Positions 47,585 to 55,953 of a DNA stretch of 64,000 nt are shown one piece after another; within the stretch, counting starts at the first letter, position 1; every line of letters starts with the position of its first letter. The stretch covers positions 7,350 to 71,349 of the forward strand of contig DATNDQ010000014.1 of assembly GCA_035553475.1 (NCBI GenBank). The letters are read 5' to 3'. Made by a program: the position numbers and the translations under genes. A model generated the notes under the pieces. That model had not been told where the DNA came from. It did not search any database and saw only the letters and a program-made list of their open reading frames with translations. The stretch comes from Gemmatimonadales bacterium. Lineage in GTDB: Bacteria; Gemmatimonadota; Gemmatimonadetes; Gemmatimonadales; GWC2-71-9.

Positions 47585-47818
47585 GTGAAGCTTTCCATTC
47601 GCTACTGCGTCGTCTGAAACTACGAGCCTCGGGCCACCAGTTTGGCGGCCGAGATCACCCGCGAGTTTCCCGATGCCGAGCTCCAGCTCATTCCCGGATC
47701 CGGGGGCGTGTTCGAAGTGTCGCGTGACGGAGTGACCATCTTCTCCAAGAAGGCGCTCGGGCGGCACGCCCAGCCGGGCGAGGTCATGGCATTGCTGCGC
47801 GAAGCTCCCGCCACGTGA
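47585..47818 (+). CDS. SelW-like (Rdx family) selenoprotein, in-frame TGA (Sec) at 47615..47617
   Basis: Not in the ORF track. GTG 47585 read through TGA gives (M)KLSIRYCVV-U-NYEPRATSLAAEITREFPDAELQLIPGSGGVFEVSRDGVTIFSKKALGRHAQPGEVMALLREAPAT. The YCxxU, PRA..LA.E, GGVFEV and SK..GR.P..E blocks appear in Rdx order. The stop overlaps the pfkA GTG (GTGA). Confidence 0.7.
47628..47653 (+). promoter_or_regulatory. candidate bacterial SECIS hairpin
   Basis: It starts 10 nt after the UGA: CUC-(G)-GGCC-A-CC [AGUUU] GG-C-GGCC-GAG. That is 9 bp with one bulged G and one A.C mismatch. The apical loop contains GU. Confidence 0.35.
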
Positions 47819-48882
47819 AGATCGCCATCTCCACCGGTGGCGGTGACGCCCCGGGCCTCAACGCCGTCATCCGCGGTGTCGTGCTCGCCGCCGCTCACCG
47901 TGGCTGGGAATGCCTCGGCATCCGCCACGGCTACGACGGGCTCATGGGCCTCGACAAAGTCGTCCCCCTGGGACCCGCGGAAGTCCGGGGCATCACGCAT
48001 CTCGGCGGCACCATCCTGGGCACCACCAGCCGCGGCAACCCGTTCCATTGGAAAGAAATGAAGAAGGACGGGACCGTCGTCGAGCATGACAGGTCGAAAG
48101 ACGTCGTCGCCGAGGCCAAGCGGCTGGGCATCGATGCCATCGTCGCGATCGGCGGGGACGGCTCCCTCGGCATCGCCATGCAGCTCTACCGGATGGGCAT
48201 TCCCGTCGTCGGTGTCCCGAAAACCATCGACAACGACGTCGGCGGGACCGTGGCGACCTTCGGATTCGACACGGCCGTCCAGACCGCCACCGAAGCCATC
48301 GACAAGGTGCACTCCACGGCCGAAAGCCATGACCGGGTCATGGTGGTCGAAGTGATGGGCCGCCACGCCGGCTTCATCGCGCTCAACTCGGGGCTCGCCG
48401 GGTCCGCCGACGTCATCCTGATCCCTGAAATCCCCTTCGACATCAGGAAGGTCGTCGAGAAGATCCGGGCTCGCGAAGCCGAGGGGCGTCACTTCAGCAT
48501 CGTCGTCGTGGCGGAGGGCGCGCGCCCCAAAGGGGGCGGGGTCTCCCTCATCGACCCCGAGCACCACCGGCTCGGCGGCATCGGCGACAAGGTGGCTCAT
48601 TCGATCGAAGAGATGACCGGGAAGGAGACTCGCTCGATGGTGCTCGGCCACCTGCAGCGCGGCGGCTCCCCGACGACCTTCGACCGGCTTCTCTCCCTGC
48701 GATTCGGCGCCGCGGCGGTCCGCTTGATCGCGGAGAGGAAGTTCGGATACATGGTGGCGCTTCAGCCCCCTGACATCGTGGCGGTCGCCATCGAGGAGGC
48801 TATTGCGAAGCCGCGTCATGTACCGCTGGACTCGGACGTCATTGCCACCGCTCGCGACTTGGGCATTTCCCTGGGGGATTAG
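47815..48882 (+). CDS. pfkA: ATP-dependent 6-phosphofructokinase
   Basis: GTG start. Motifs TGGGDAPGLNA, GGDGS, PKTIDND, and MGRHAG. GGDGS rather than GGDD suggests the ATP type. Confidence 0.9.
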   Translation: MKIAISTGGGDAPGLNAVIRGVVLAAAHRGWECLGIRHGYDGLMGLDKVVPLGPAEVRGITHLGGTILGTTSRGNPFHWKEMKKDGTVVEHDRSKDVVAEAKRLGIDAIVAIGGDGSLGIAMQLYRMGIPVVGVPKTIDNDVGGTVATFGFDTAVQTATEAIDKVHSTAESHDRVMVVEVMGRHAGFIALNSGLAGSADVILIPEIPFDIRKVVEKIRAREAEGRHFSIVVVAEGARPKGGGVSLIDPEHHRLGGIGDKVAHSIEEMTGKETRSMVLGHLQRGGSPTTFDRLLSLRFGAAAVRLIAERKFGYMVALQPPDIVAVAIEEAIAKPRHVPLDSDVIATARDLGISLGD

Positions 48883-48990
48883 CCTCTCGCCGTCCCCTCC
48901 TGAGGACATTTTCCTCTGTTTCACCCCCGAACCGCCCCACACCTCCTAACCCCCTCATTCTCAGCACAGGTTCGCCCCAAAAAGCCCGCT

Positions 48991-49006
48991 TGGCACGGGA
49001 CTTCCA
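48991..49006 (+). promoter_or_regulatory. weak sigma-54-like -24/-12 element
   Basis: TGGCAC-GGGAC-TTCCA. The -24 half is perfect, but the -12 GC is replaced by CC. It shares the 10-mer CTTGGCACGG with the site at 27942. It lies 29 nt upstream of ATG 49035. Confidence 0.2.
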
Positions 49007-49034
49007 CTAGTAGGGGGCGACCACAGGAGGTCAT

Positions 49035-49472
49035 ATGAAACGGACCCTAATGTTGTGCCTGGCGCTTCTCGCTGGTGGGGCCATCTCGGCGAATGCGCAA
49101 ACCCGCGTGATCGTGTCCTTCGGCGTCGGAACGCCTGGTTACGCCGGGTTCGTCTCGGTTGGTCAGCCATGGTACTGGTACGGCGGTGAACGCGTCTACT
49201 ACGTCCAGCGCTACTACCAGGGCCGTCCGATGTACTACTACGATCCGCGTTACGTGCCGGAGGATTGGCGCGGTCACGACCGCAACTGGTTCGAGCGACA
49301 TCGTGACTGGGACCGCGGCCGGAAGTTCGACGATCGCGACGACGACCATGCGTGGCACGACCGCGGGCAGCACCGCGGCTGGTACAAGCGGGATCAAGGT
49401 GACCAGGGCGGTCGCGGCGATCATGGCGATCACGGCAAGAAAGATCACGGCGACCACGGCAACCATCGCTAG
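49035..49472 (+). CDS. small secreted Tyr/Trp/Arg/Asp/His-rich protein
   Basis: Strong SD (CAGGAGGTCATATG). Signal MKRTLMLCLALLAGGAISANAQ. The mature part is low-complexity (YYVQRYYQGRPMYYYDPRY, DRDDDHAWHDRGQHRGWY, GDHGDHGKKDHGDHGNHR). A strong terminator follows. Confidence 0.6.
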   Translation: MKRTLMLCLALLAGGAISANAQTRVIVSFGVGTPGYAGFVSVGQPWYWYGGERVYYVQRYYQGRPMYYYDPRYVPEDWRGHDRNWFERHRDWDRGRKFDDRDDDHAWHDRGQHRGWYKRDQGDQGGRGDHGDHGKKDHGDHGNHR

Positions 49473-49496
49473 GCGCTGAGTCGTTAAAGGAAAGGG

Positions 49497-49535
49497 CGGC
49501 GGTCGGGTTTTTGACCCGGCCGCCGTTCTCTTTTT
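49497..49535 (+). terminator. rho-independent terminator
   Basis: CGGCGGTCGGGT-tttt(g)-ACCCGGCCGCCG: a 12-bp stem with one G.U pair, followed by TTCTCTTTTT. Confidence 0.75.
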
Positions 49536-49555
49536 CCCTCTACTAATATTGAAGC

Positions 49556-52111
49556 GTGGCATCCTCCCGCGATCACCTCCTCCCTCCCGATCGTGAGGCC
49601 TATCTCGCCGCCGGTCAGGGGGGCCGCGTCATCGTCATTGCCCCCACCCGCGCCGCGTGCGAAACGATCGAGCTCGCCCTCGGTCTGGAGATCGACACCC
49701 TGCTCGCCCGGGAGCATGGCGGCGACATCGACCGGCTGGCGCGCTCGGGATCGGGCTTCGGCATCATGGCGGGGACGGGGACGGGCAAGACATTGGCGAT
49801 CAGGCCGATCGCCGGCGCCATCGTAGGGCTTCCCCTCAAGGTCGGAGTCGTGAACCGCGAGCGGGAGGCGACGCCCGAAACGCCCTCGTGGAACGTGGTC
49901 ATCATCACCACCGGCATCGCGCGGCGGTGGTTCCAGGACGGCCTCATCACCAAACGCGACACCCTCATCATCGACGAGATCCACCAGACCTCGGCCGAGC
50001 TGGAGCTGTGCCTCGCGTTGGCCAAGCGGGCCGGGTGCCGCTGCATCTGGCTCTCCGCCACGGTCGATCCCGAGTTCTATGCCCGTTACCTCGAGTCCGC
50101 CGAAGTGCTGGAAACGACGGCGTTCGATCCGGCGCGCGCCGCCGACGTCCGGGTCGTTCCCCAGCAGCCCCTCTCGTTCCTGAACGAACGCTTCATCACT
50201 CGCGTCCTGCGCGAGCGGCGGGGCGTTGCAGTCTTCGTGCCGACGCGGGCGGAGGTGGAGCAGATCGCGTCGGAGCTCGGCGCGAAATGGCCGAGGCTCG
50301 ACACGGCGTTTTACCACGGTGGCGAACCGATCCGCGTCATCAGGCCATTTCTCGACGGCACCGTCAAACGGCCCTTCCTGCTCGCGATGACGGCGGCGGG
50401 GCAATCGGCCCTCAACATCCGCGGGCTCGACACCGTCGTCATCTATGACGCGCGCTACACCAACGTCATCGAACGGGGTCGAAACGTCCTCACCCGCCTC
50501 TACCTCGGCGCGAACGAGATCTTGCAGATGGCGGGGCGCGTTCATGGCCGCGTTCAGGGAGGAGAGGTCACCATCCTGAGTGACCGGCGGCTGGTGTTCG
50601 ATCAGCTGCGCCCGACACCGCCTGAGTTCCAGCTCGCCGGAGATGCGGAGCGGGTCGCGATGACTTGCGCCGCCATCGGCGTGGACGCCGGGGATCTCGA
50701 TCTGCCCGTGCCCCTCGACAAGCGGTCGTATCGGGAAGCGGTCACGCTGCTCACCGATCGGGGCCTCGTGGAAAACGGGCGCCTCACCAACTACGGGCGC
50801 CAGGTAGAGGCGATGCCGTGCGAGCGCCCCTGGGGCGAGCTCCTGGTGCACGCGGATACGCCGCTCCTCCCGGTGGTCGCCGTCGCGGCCAATATCGACT
50901 CACTCCACCGCATGACGCGCGACGACCGCAACCTGCAGGGACTGATCGTTCCGGGCTCCGACCACCTTACCGCCTACAACGTCTTCGCCGAAGCGGTCAA
51001 CAAACATGGTGACCTCGGCGAGGTGTACGGCCTGCCGCGCCATCTTTTCCGCGAAACCATCGATCGCTGGGCCGAGGGCCGGGGCGTGCTGGTCAAGGCG
51101 ATCGAGGACATCGCGCTCGGCACCGCATCCGTGTATCGGCAGCTCGAGATGTCCCTCCCCGCGCGCTTTCCGGTGGCCGACGACGGGATCAAGTCCCAGT
51201 TCGCCGATCTGCTCGCGAAGGTCGCACCCTTCGACGTCGTGATCGACGAGGAGACCGCGGATGGGCAGGAGGCGCGGGTGAGTCGCGGATCGGTGTGCGG
51301 GAGTTGGGGCGCCATCGCGGGGACGCTGCGCTATTTCGCGGACCGCTTCGGCAATCCGCGCGCGGCCATCGAAGGCACCCAGATCCCGGAGCGCTCTTTG
51401 CGGCGCTATGCCCGCCGCGCGCCGCCGCAAGTCACGTTCGAGCGCCATCGCCGGCATGAAGGGCTCATGGCGGTCCGGACCGTCGAATACCAGGGCTTCA
51501 TGCTGGAGCGGGAAGTCGAAGCGCTGACGGGAACGTTCCCGGCCGATCTGGCGGAGGCCGCGCGGCAGGCGCTGGTGAAGGCCGTACGAAACGGGGGTAC
51601 CCCGCACCCCGATCAGCCGCGCCTCTCCCGCGCCTGGCACCGCGCGCAGGCGCTCTGGGGCCGTTCGGGTGGGACACTGAGCCAGCTCGCCCCCGAGGCG
51701 CTGGAGGAGCGGCTCACGCACCAGGTGGCGTCGGTGACGAGCTGGGACTCTTTCCTGCGCGCGCGCCTGTCACTCGACGTGGACGACCTCGTGAGTGAGG
51801 CGGAGCGGGCCAAGCTGGATGGCCTGCCCCAGTCGGTCGCGCTCTTTGGAGACCGGGTGGCGATCGAATACGGAATCGAGGATGGGAAGGGTGTAGCGCG
51901 GCTGCATCTCAAGGAGGGCCAGGCGCGGCGAATTCGCGAAGGCGACCTGCCCGTCCTGGACCGCCCGCTCCGGTTCACTGTCACCCGGGGGAAACGTGAG
52001 GCGGCGCGGGCCGATTCGATCACCGATCTCAAGAGGCGCCTCGACGAGCTTCCCAAGGGGAAACCGAAGTCGGGAAAGCCCTTCCGCCCCCCCCGCCGCC
52101 GCCGAAGGTAG
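49556..52111 (+). CDS. DEAH-box ATP-dependent helicase (HrpA/HrpB-like)
   Basis: GTG 49556 is the first possible start after in-frame stops. Motif I AGTGTGKT, motif II DEIH, SATV, and QMAGRVHGR (motif VI-like). Long C-terminal region and a basic tail KGKPKSGKPFRPPRRRRR. Confidence 0.8.
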   Translation: MASSRDHLLPPDREAYLAAGQGGRVIVIAPTRAACETIELALGLEIDTLLAREHGGDIDRLARSGSGFGIMAGTGTGKTLAIRPIAGAIVGLPLKVGVVNREREATPETPSWNVVIITTGIARRWFQDGLITKRDTLIIDEIHQTSAELELCLALAKRAGCRCIWLSATVDPEFYARYLESAEVLETTAFDPARAADVRVVPQQPLSFLNERFITRVLRERRGVAVFVPTRAEVEQIASELGAKWPRLDTAFYHGGEPIRVIRPFLDGTVKRPFLLAMTAAGQSALNIRGLDTVVIYDARYTNVIERGRNVLTRLYLGANEILQMAGRVHGRVQGGEVTILSDRRLVFDQLRPTPPEFQLAGDAERVAMTCAAIGVDAGDLDLPVPLDKRSYREAVTLLTDRGLVENGRLTNYGRQVEAMPCERPWGELLVHADTPLLPVVAVAANIDSLHRMTRDDRNLQGLIVPGSDHLTAYNVFAEAVNKHGDLGEVYGLPRHLFRETIDRWAEGRGVLVKAIEDIALGTASVYRQLEMSLPARFPVADDGIKSQFADLLAKVAPFDVVIDEETADGQEARVSRGSVCGSWGAIAGTLRYFADRFGNPRAAIEGTQIPERSLRRYARRAPPQVTFERHRRHEGLMAVRTVEYQGFMLEREVEALTGTFPADLAEAARQALVKAVRNGGTPHPDQPRLSRAWHRAQALWGRSGGTLSQLAPEALEERLTHQVASVTSWDSFLRARLSLDVDDLVSEAERAKLDGLPQSVALFGDRVAIEYGIEDGKGVARLHLKEGQARRIREGDLPVLDRPLRFTVTRGKREAARADSITDLKRRLDELPKGKPKSGKPFRPPRRRRR

Positions 52112-52204
52112 ACAAATCCCGGGCGTTTACATCTGTGACCTTCGCCCGTTCGCGGGGTCTCTTGAAGGAACCCGAGAGAACCCCGTATTACGGAAAGGTC
52201 ACCA

Positions 52205-52678
52205 ATGGCCGGCAACCGTCCTCTGACTCAGAATCCTCCGTCACTCACCCCACTCGGTCGTGCGCTCCTCGATTCCATTCGCGAGGGCGTGGTGGTCTTC
52301 GATACCGATGGGCACGTCCTCTACGCCAACCAGGAAGGCCAGCGCTCCATCGGGAACGGCTCCCCCAACGGCAACCTGCCGGGCAAGGAAGAGCTGCTCC
52401 CGAGGCTCTCCGCGATGGGCGCTCGCATCCTGCCGCTCCGCGTCCCCGATTCGCAGGCCGGGGCGGCGGCGGTGATTCCACCGAAAGCCGACCGGGGCCG
52501 CACCCTCGCCGAACGTGAGCGCCAGGCGATCGTCGACACCCTGGAAGCGACTCAAGGCAAGCTCGCCGAAACCGCGCGCCGTCTTGGCATCAGCCGGACG
52601 ACTCTGTGGCGCCGGCTGCGGGAGTACGGGCTGAAGCAGAAGAACGAAGCGTTCTGGCGGGCTCGCGCCGCTTCCTGA
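52205..52678 (+). CDS. PAS-like sensor fused to Fis-type HTH DNA-binding domain (no AAA+ module)
   Basis: N-terminus LLDSIREGVVVFDTDGHVLYANQEGQRSIG (PAS-like). C-terminus ERERQAIVDTLEATQGKLAETARRLGISRTTLWRRLREYGL (Fis/NtrC-type HTH). Confidence 0.65.
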   Translation: MAGNRPLTQNPPSLTPLGRALLDSIREGVVVFDTDGHVLYANQEGQRSIGNGSPNGNLPGKEELLPRLSAMGARILPLRVPDSQAGAAAVIPPKADRGRTLAERERQAIVDTLEATQGKLAETARRLGISRTTLWRRLREYGLKQKNEAFWRARAAS

Positions 52679-52723
52679 CGCGCGGCCTTACGTCCCCGGG
52701 AAGCCGCTCCTAGCTTCCCGGGG

Positions 52724-53191
52724 ATGGCGAATTCTCCGAGCCCGTTTCTCATCCAGGAGTACGTCCGCTGGTCGGACGTAGACTACGCCGGCATCATTTT
52801 CTACGGCGCGTACGTCCGTTTTTTCGAAATCGCCGAAACTGAGCTCTTCCGTGCGTCCGGCCTGGCCTACAAGGACGTTTTCGACCGCCACGGGATCTTC
52901 CTTCCACGCCGCGCCATCCACGCGGAGTTCTTCGTGCCCGCCCGCCTCGACGACCGCCTCACGGTGGCCGCGTACATCGGCAAGGTCGGCACCCGTTCCA
53001 TGACCATCAATTTCGACGTCGTCTGGGGTGAGCCCCGTTTCCTGGGCGCCACTGGATGGCAGGTGCTCGTCTGCGTGGACAAGCAGACCTTGAAGCCGCG
53101 CGCCGCCCCTCCAGCGCTGCTCGAGGCCCTCGCGCCCCACACTCTGTCGCCCGAGGCCGCACGCGCCGCGCTGGGCGTTCGCGCTCCCTGA
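52724..53191 (+). CDS. acyl-CoA thioesterase, 4HBT/YbgC family
   Basis: The VRWSDVDYAGIIFYGAYVRFFEIAETELFRASG hot-dog fold N-terminus, with the Asp in the YbgC position. Confidence 0.85.
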   Translation: MANSPSPFLIQEYVRWSDVDYAGIIFYGAYVRFFEIAETELFRASGLAYKDVFDRHGIFLPRRAIHAEFFVPARLDDRLTVAAYIGKVGTRSMTINFDVVWGEPRFLGATGWQVLVCVDKQTLKPRAAPPALLEALAPHTLSPEAARAALGVRAP

Positions 53192-53679
53192 AGACCGCAC
53201 CTCTGCTCGGCGCCCTCCTGGGGGTCGCAGCCTGCCTCGACGGCCCGCCGCCCGCCACGATGGGTGTGCGGGTCTTCCGGACCGCCAAGGACTCGACGGC
53301 CTATACGGCGCTCGACGTCGCTCACACGTGCAAAGGGGGCGGCGTCCTCTTCGACGCGGTCAGCGGGGCCTACGGCGTTCTCGCCTGGGTCCGTTCCCCG
53401 ACGCCCCTCTCGGCGGGATCGTACCCCCTCCTCGGAAGGGCTGACAGCATCACGCCGCGCGGCGCCGTCGTGGCCGTGCGCTTCATCCTGCATGACATAG
53501 CCCACGGATTCCCCGTGGATTCAGGAACGCTGACGCTTACCTCCGTCGGACCCGAGTATCGGGGACGGATTCAGGGCTCGGGGACCGATGCGGGTCTCGC
53601 CTCCCGGAGCCGGGTGGACATCGTCATCGACTCCGTCAGGCCCCGGCCCGACTCACTCGCGTGTGGAGCGAAGGGATGA
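53188..53679 (+). CDS. hypothetical lipoprotein (start uncertain, possibly CTG)
   Basis: Frame of ORF 53056..53679. The only start-like codon just before the lipobox (LKTAPLLGALLGVAAC) is CTG 53188, which overlaps the thioesterase stop as CTGA. ATG 53056 would overlap that gene by 136 nt. Confidence 0.4.
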   Translation: MKTAPLLGALLGVAACLDGPPPATMGVRVFRTAKDSTAYTALDVAHTCKGGGVLFDAVSGAYGVLAWVRSPTPLSAGSYPLLGRADSITPRGAVVAVRFILHDIAHGFPVDSGTLTLTSVGPEYRGRIQGSGTDAGLASRSRVDIVIDSVRPRPDSLACGAKG

Positions 53680-54740
53680 CCGTCAAGATCGGCATGATCG
53701 GCACGGGGTTCGCCCGTCGAGTTCAGCTGCCCGGACTCAAGCTCGTCCCCGGCGTCGAAGTGACGGGCATCGCGAGCGGGAAGCGCGCGAACGCCGACCA
53801 GGTGGCGAAGGATTTCGGAATCCCGCATGTCTTCGATGACGGCGTCGAGCTGGCGCGTTCCGGTGTCGCCGACCTGATCATCGTCTCTTCGACCCCCGAC
53901 ACCCACCTGCGCTTTGGCCTCGCGGCCCTCGAAGCGGGACGGCACCTGCTCTGCGAAAAGCCGACGACGCTCGCCGCACCCGAGGCCCTGCGTCTGTGGG
54001 AGGCGTCGGCCGCGCGACCCAAACAGGTCGCGTGGATGGATCACGAGCTCCGCTACGAGCCGAACCGCAAGAAGGCCCGCGACCTGATCCGGAGCGGTGC
54101 CATCGGGGACATCCGGCACATCGAAATGGCCCTGCGCCCCTATCTCAGAGGAGATGGCCGGCCCCAGGCGAGCAACGCCCCCTGGAACTGGTGGTACGAC
54201 GCTGGACGTGGCGGCGGGCTCCTGGGCGCGGTGGGGTCGCACCTCATTGACCTCTGCCGCTTCTGGACCGCGAGCGAACCGGTGTCGGTCGCCGGAGTGG
54301 TCGAGACCTTCACCAAGCGCCGGAACGACGACGCAGGCGTCTCGCACCCCGTGACCGCCGACGAGTTCGCGAGCTGGACCATGCGGATGGGGTCAGGTGC
54401 GGTGGCGTCACTGACGCTGTCGTCGGTGGCGCATCATGGCGGCGGACACTGGTGCCAGATCACGGGTACCGAGGGATCGCTCGTTCTCACCGGCGAGCAC
54501 ACCCTGCACATCGGGAAGCGCGGCGGGGACCTGGAGGACATCACTCAGCCGGACGATCTCTGGGAAAAGACCACCCCCAACAACATGTGGGCACGGTCGT
54601 TCGTGCGGCTGATGCGCGACCTGGTGCCCGTGTTGGGGGGCGCCAAGCCTTCCGGCACCCCGGCCACGATGGAAGATGGCTGGCGGATTCAGCGGATCAT
54701 GGACGCCGTGCGCGCCGGGGTAACTGCCCGGTTAGATTAG
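53676..54740 (+). CDS. Gfo/Idh/MocA family oxidoreductase
   Basis: ATG 53676 (ATGA overlap). MTVKIGMIGTGFARRVQLPGL NAD fold and the EKP motif (LLCEKPTT). Confidence 0.85.
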   Translation: MTVKIGMIGTGFARRVQLPGLKLVPGVEVTGIASGKRANADQVAKDFGIPHVFDDGVELARSGVADLIIVSSTPDTHLRFGLAALEAGRHLLCEKPTTLAAPEALRLWEASAARPKQVAWMDHELRYEPNRKKARDLIRSGAIGDIRHIEMALRPYLRGDGRPQASNAPWNWWYDAGRGGGLLGAVGSHLIDLCRFWTASEPVSVAGVVETFTKRRNDDAGVSHPVTADEFASWTMRMGSGAVASLTLSSVAHHGGGHWCQITGTEGSLVLTGEHTLHIGKRGGDLEDITQPDDLWEKTTPNNMWARSFVRLMRDLVPVLGGAKPSGTPATMEDGWRIQRIMDAVRAGVTARLD

Positions 54741-54744
54741 GGCT

Positions 54745-55953
54745 GTGGAGCAGACGTACTTTCGGAAGGGTTTCGGGCTCAAAGGGGCCATCGAAGGCAC
54801 CCTGGCCGCGGACTACCACAGCCGCGTCGTAGATCACGTACGTGCGCAGGGTTTCAGCCTCGCCGTCGGTGACCTGACCTTCCGCCTCGCTCGCGAATTC
54901 GGCTTCTGCTACGGCGTCGACCGCGCGGTCGAATACGCCTACGAAACCCGCACCAAGTTCCCCGACGCGCGGGTCTTCCTGGTCGGCGAGATCATCCACA
55001 ATCCCCACGTCAACGCCAAGCTCCGTTCCATGGGCGTGGAGTTTCTCCACCGTCCCGAGGGCGGAGAATTCGATTTCTCTCACATCGTTGCAACTGACGT
55101 CGTGCTCATGCCCGCGTTCGGCGTGACCGTGAAAGACTTCCAGCGCCTCCGCGACCTGGGGTGCGTGCTGGTGGATACGACCTGCGGATCGGTGCTCAAC
55201 GTCTGGAAGCGGGTCGAGTCGTATGCCAAGGACGGCTTCACCGCGCTGATTCATGGCAAGGCCTATCACGAAGAGACCAAGGCCACCTCGAGCCAGGTGA
55301 CCAAGTATCCGGGTGGGCGCTACGTCGTGGTCCGTGACATGGGCGAGGCCCGCTTGCTCTGCGATTACATCGAAGGGCGGGGCGACCACAAGGCGCTGGT
55401 CGACAAGTTTGCGAGCGCGATGTCCCCCGGCTTCGACCCGGACCGGGATCTCGTGCGCGTGGGCGTCGCCAATCAGACCACGATGCTGTCCGGTGAATCG
55501 CTCGCGATTGCCGCTGAGGTCGCGAAGAGCATGGTGAAGCGTTACGGCGAGGCCTCCCTGGCCGAACACTTCCGCACCTTCGACACCATCTGTTCGGCAA
55601 CTCAGGAACGTCAGGACGCCGTGCTGAAGCTGATCGCGGACCCGATCGACCTGATGGTCGTGATCGGCGGCTACAATTCGAGCAACACCACGCACCTCGC
55701 GGCGATCTGCCACGAACGTGTGCCGACGTATCACATCGAAGACGCCTCGGGCATCGATCCTGACGCCCGGACCATCAGGTTCCGTCCGGTGGGCGCCAAG
55801 ACCGAGGAGACCAAGGGCGATTGGCTGCCCGCAGGACCGCTCGTGGTCGGCGTCACCGCCGGCGCGTCGACGCCGAACAACAAGGTCGGCGAGACCATCG
55901 AGCGGATCGCGGCCATGCGTGGCCTGGCGCTCGAAGTGGCACCGGCCTCGTGA
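54745..55953 (+). CDS. ispH: 4-hydroxy-3-methylbut-2-enyl diphosphate reductase
   Basis: GTG start. Motifs [45 protein letters not shown], and [10 protein letters not shown]. Long-form IspH/LytB. Confidence 0.9.
   Translation: MEQTYFRKGFGLKGAIEGTLAADYHSRVVDHVRAQGFSLAVGDLTFRLAREFGFCYGVDRAVEYAYETRTKFPDARVFLVGEIIHNPHVNAKLRSMGVEFLHRPEGGEFDFSHIVATDVVLMPAFGVTVKDFQRLRDLGCVLVDTTCGSVLNVWKRVESYAKDGFTALIHGKAYHEETKATSSQVTKYPGGRYVVVRDMGEARLLCDYIEGRGDHKALVDKFASAMSPGFDPDRDLVRVGVANQTTMLSGESLAIAAEVAKSMVKRYGEASLAEHFRTFDTICSATQERQDAVLKLIADPIDLMVVIGGYNSSNTTHLAAICHERVPTYHIEDASGIDPDARTIRFRPVGAKTEETKGDWLPAGPLVVGVTAGASTPNNKVGETIERIAAMRGLALEVAPAS

Noticed and set aside
47515-47727. 70-aa ORF in the track spanning the MCP/pfkA gap.
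   Set aside because: It is in a different frame from the SelW-like reading and translates to an Arg/Ala/Cys-rich string with no motif. The TGA-containing frame explains the region far better.
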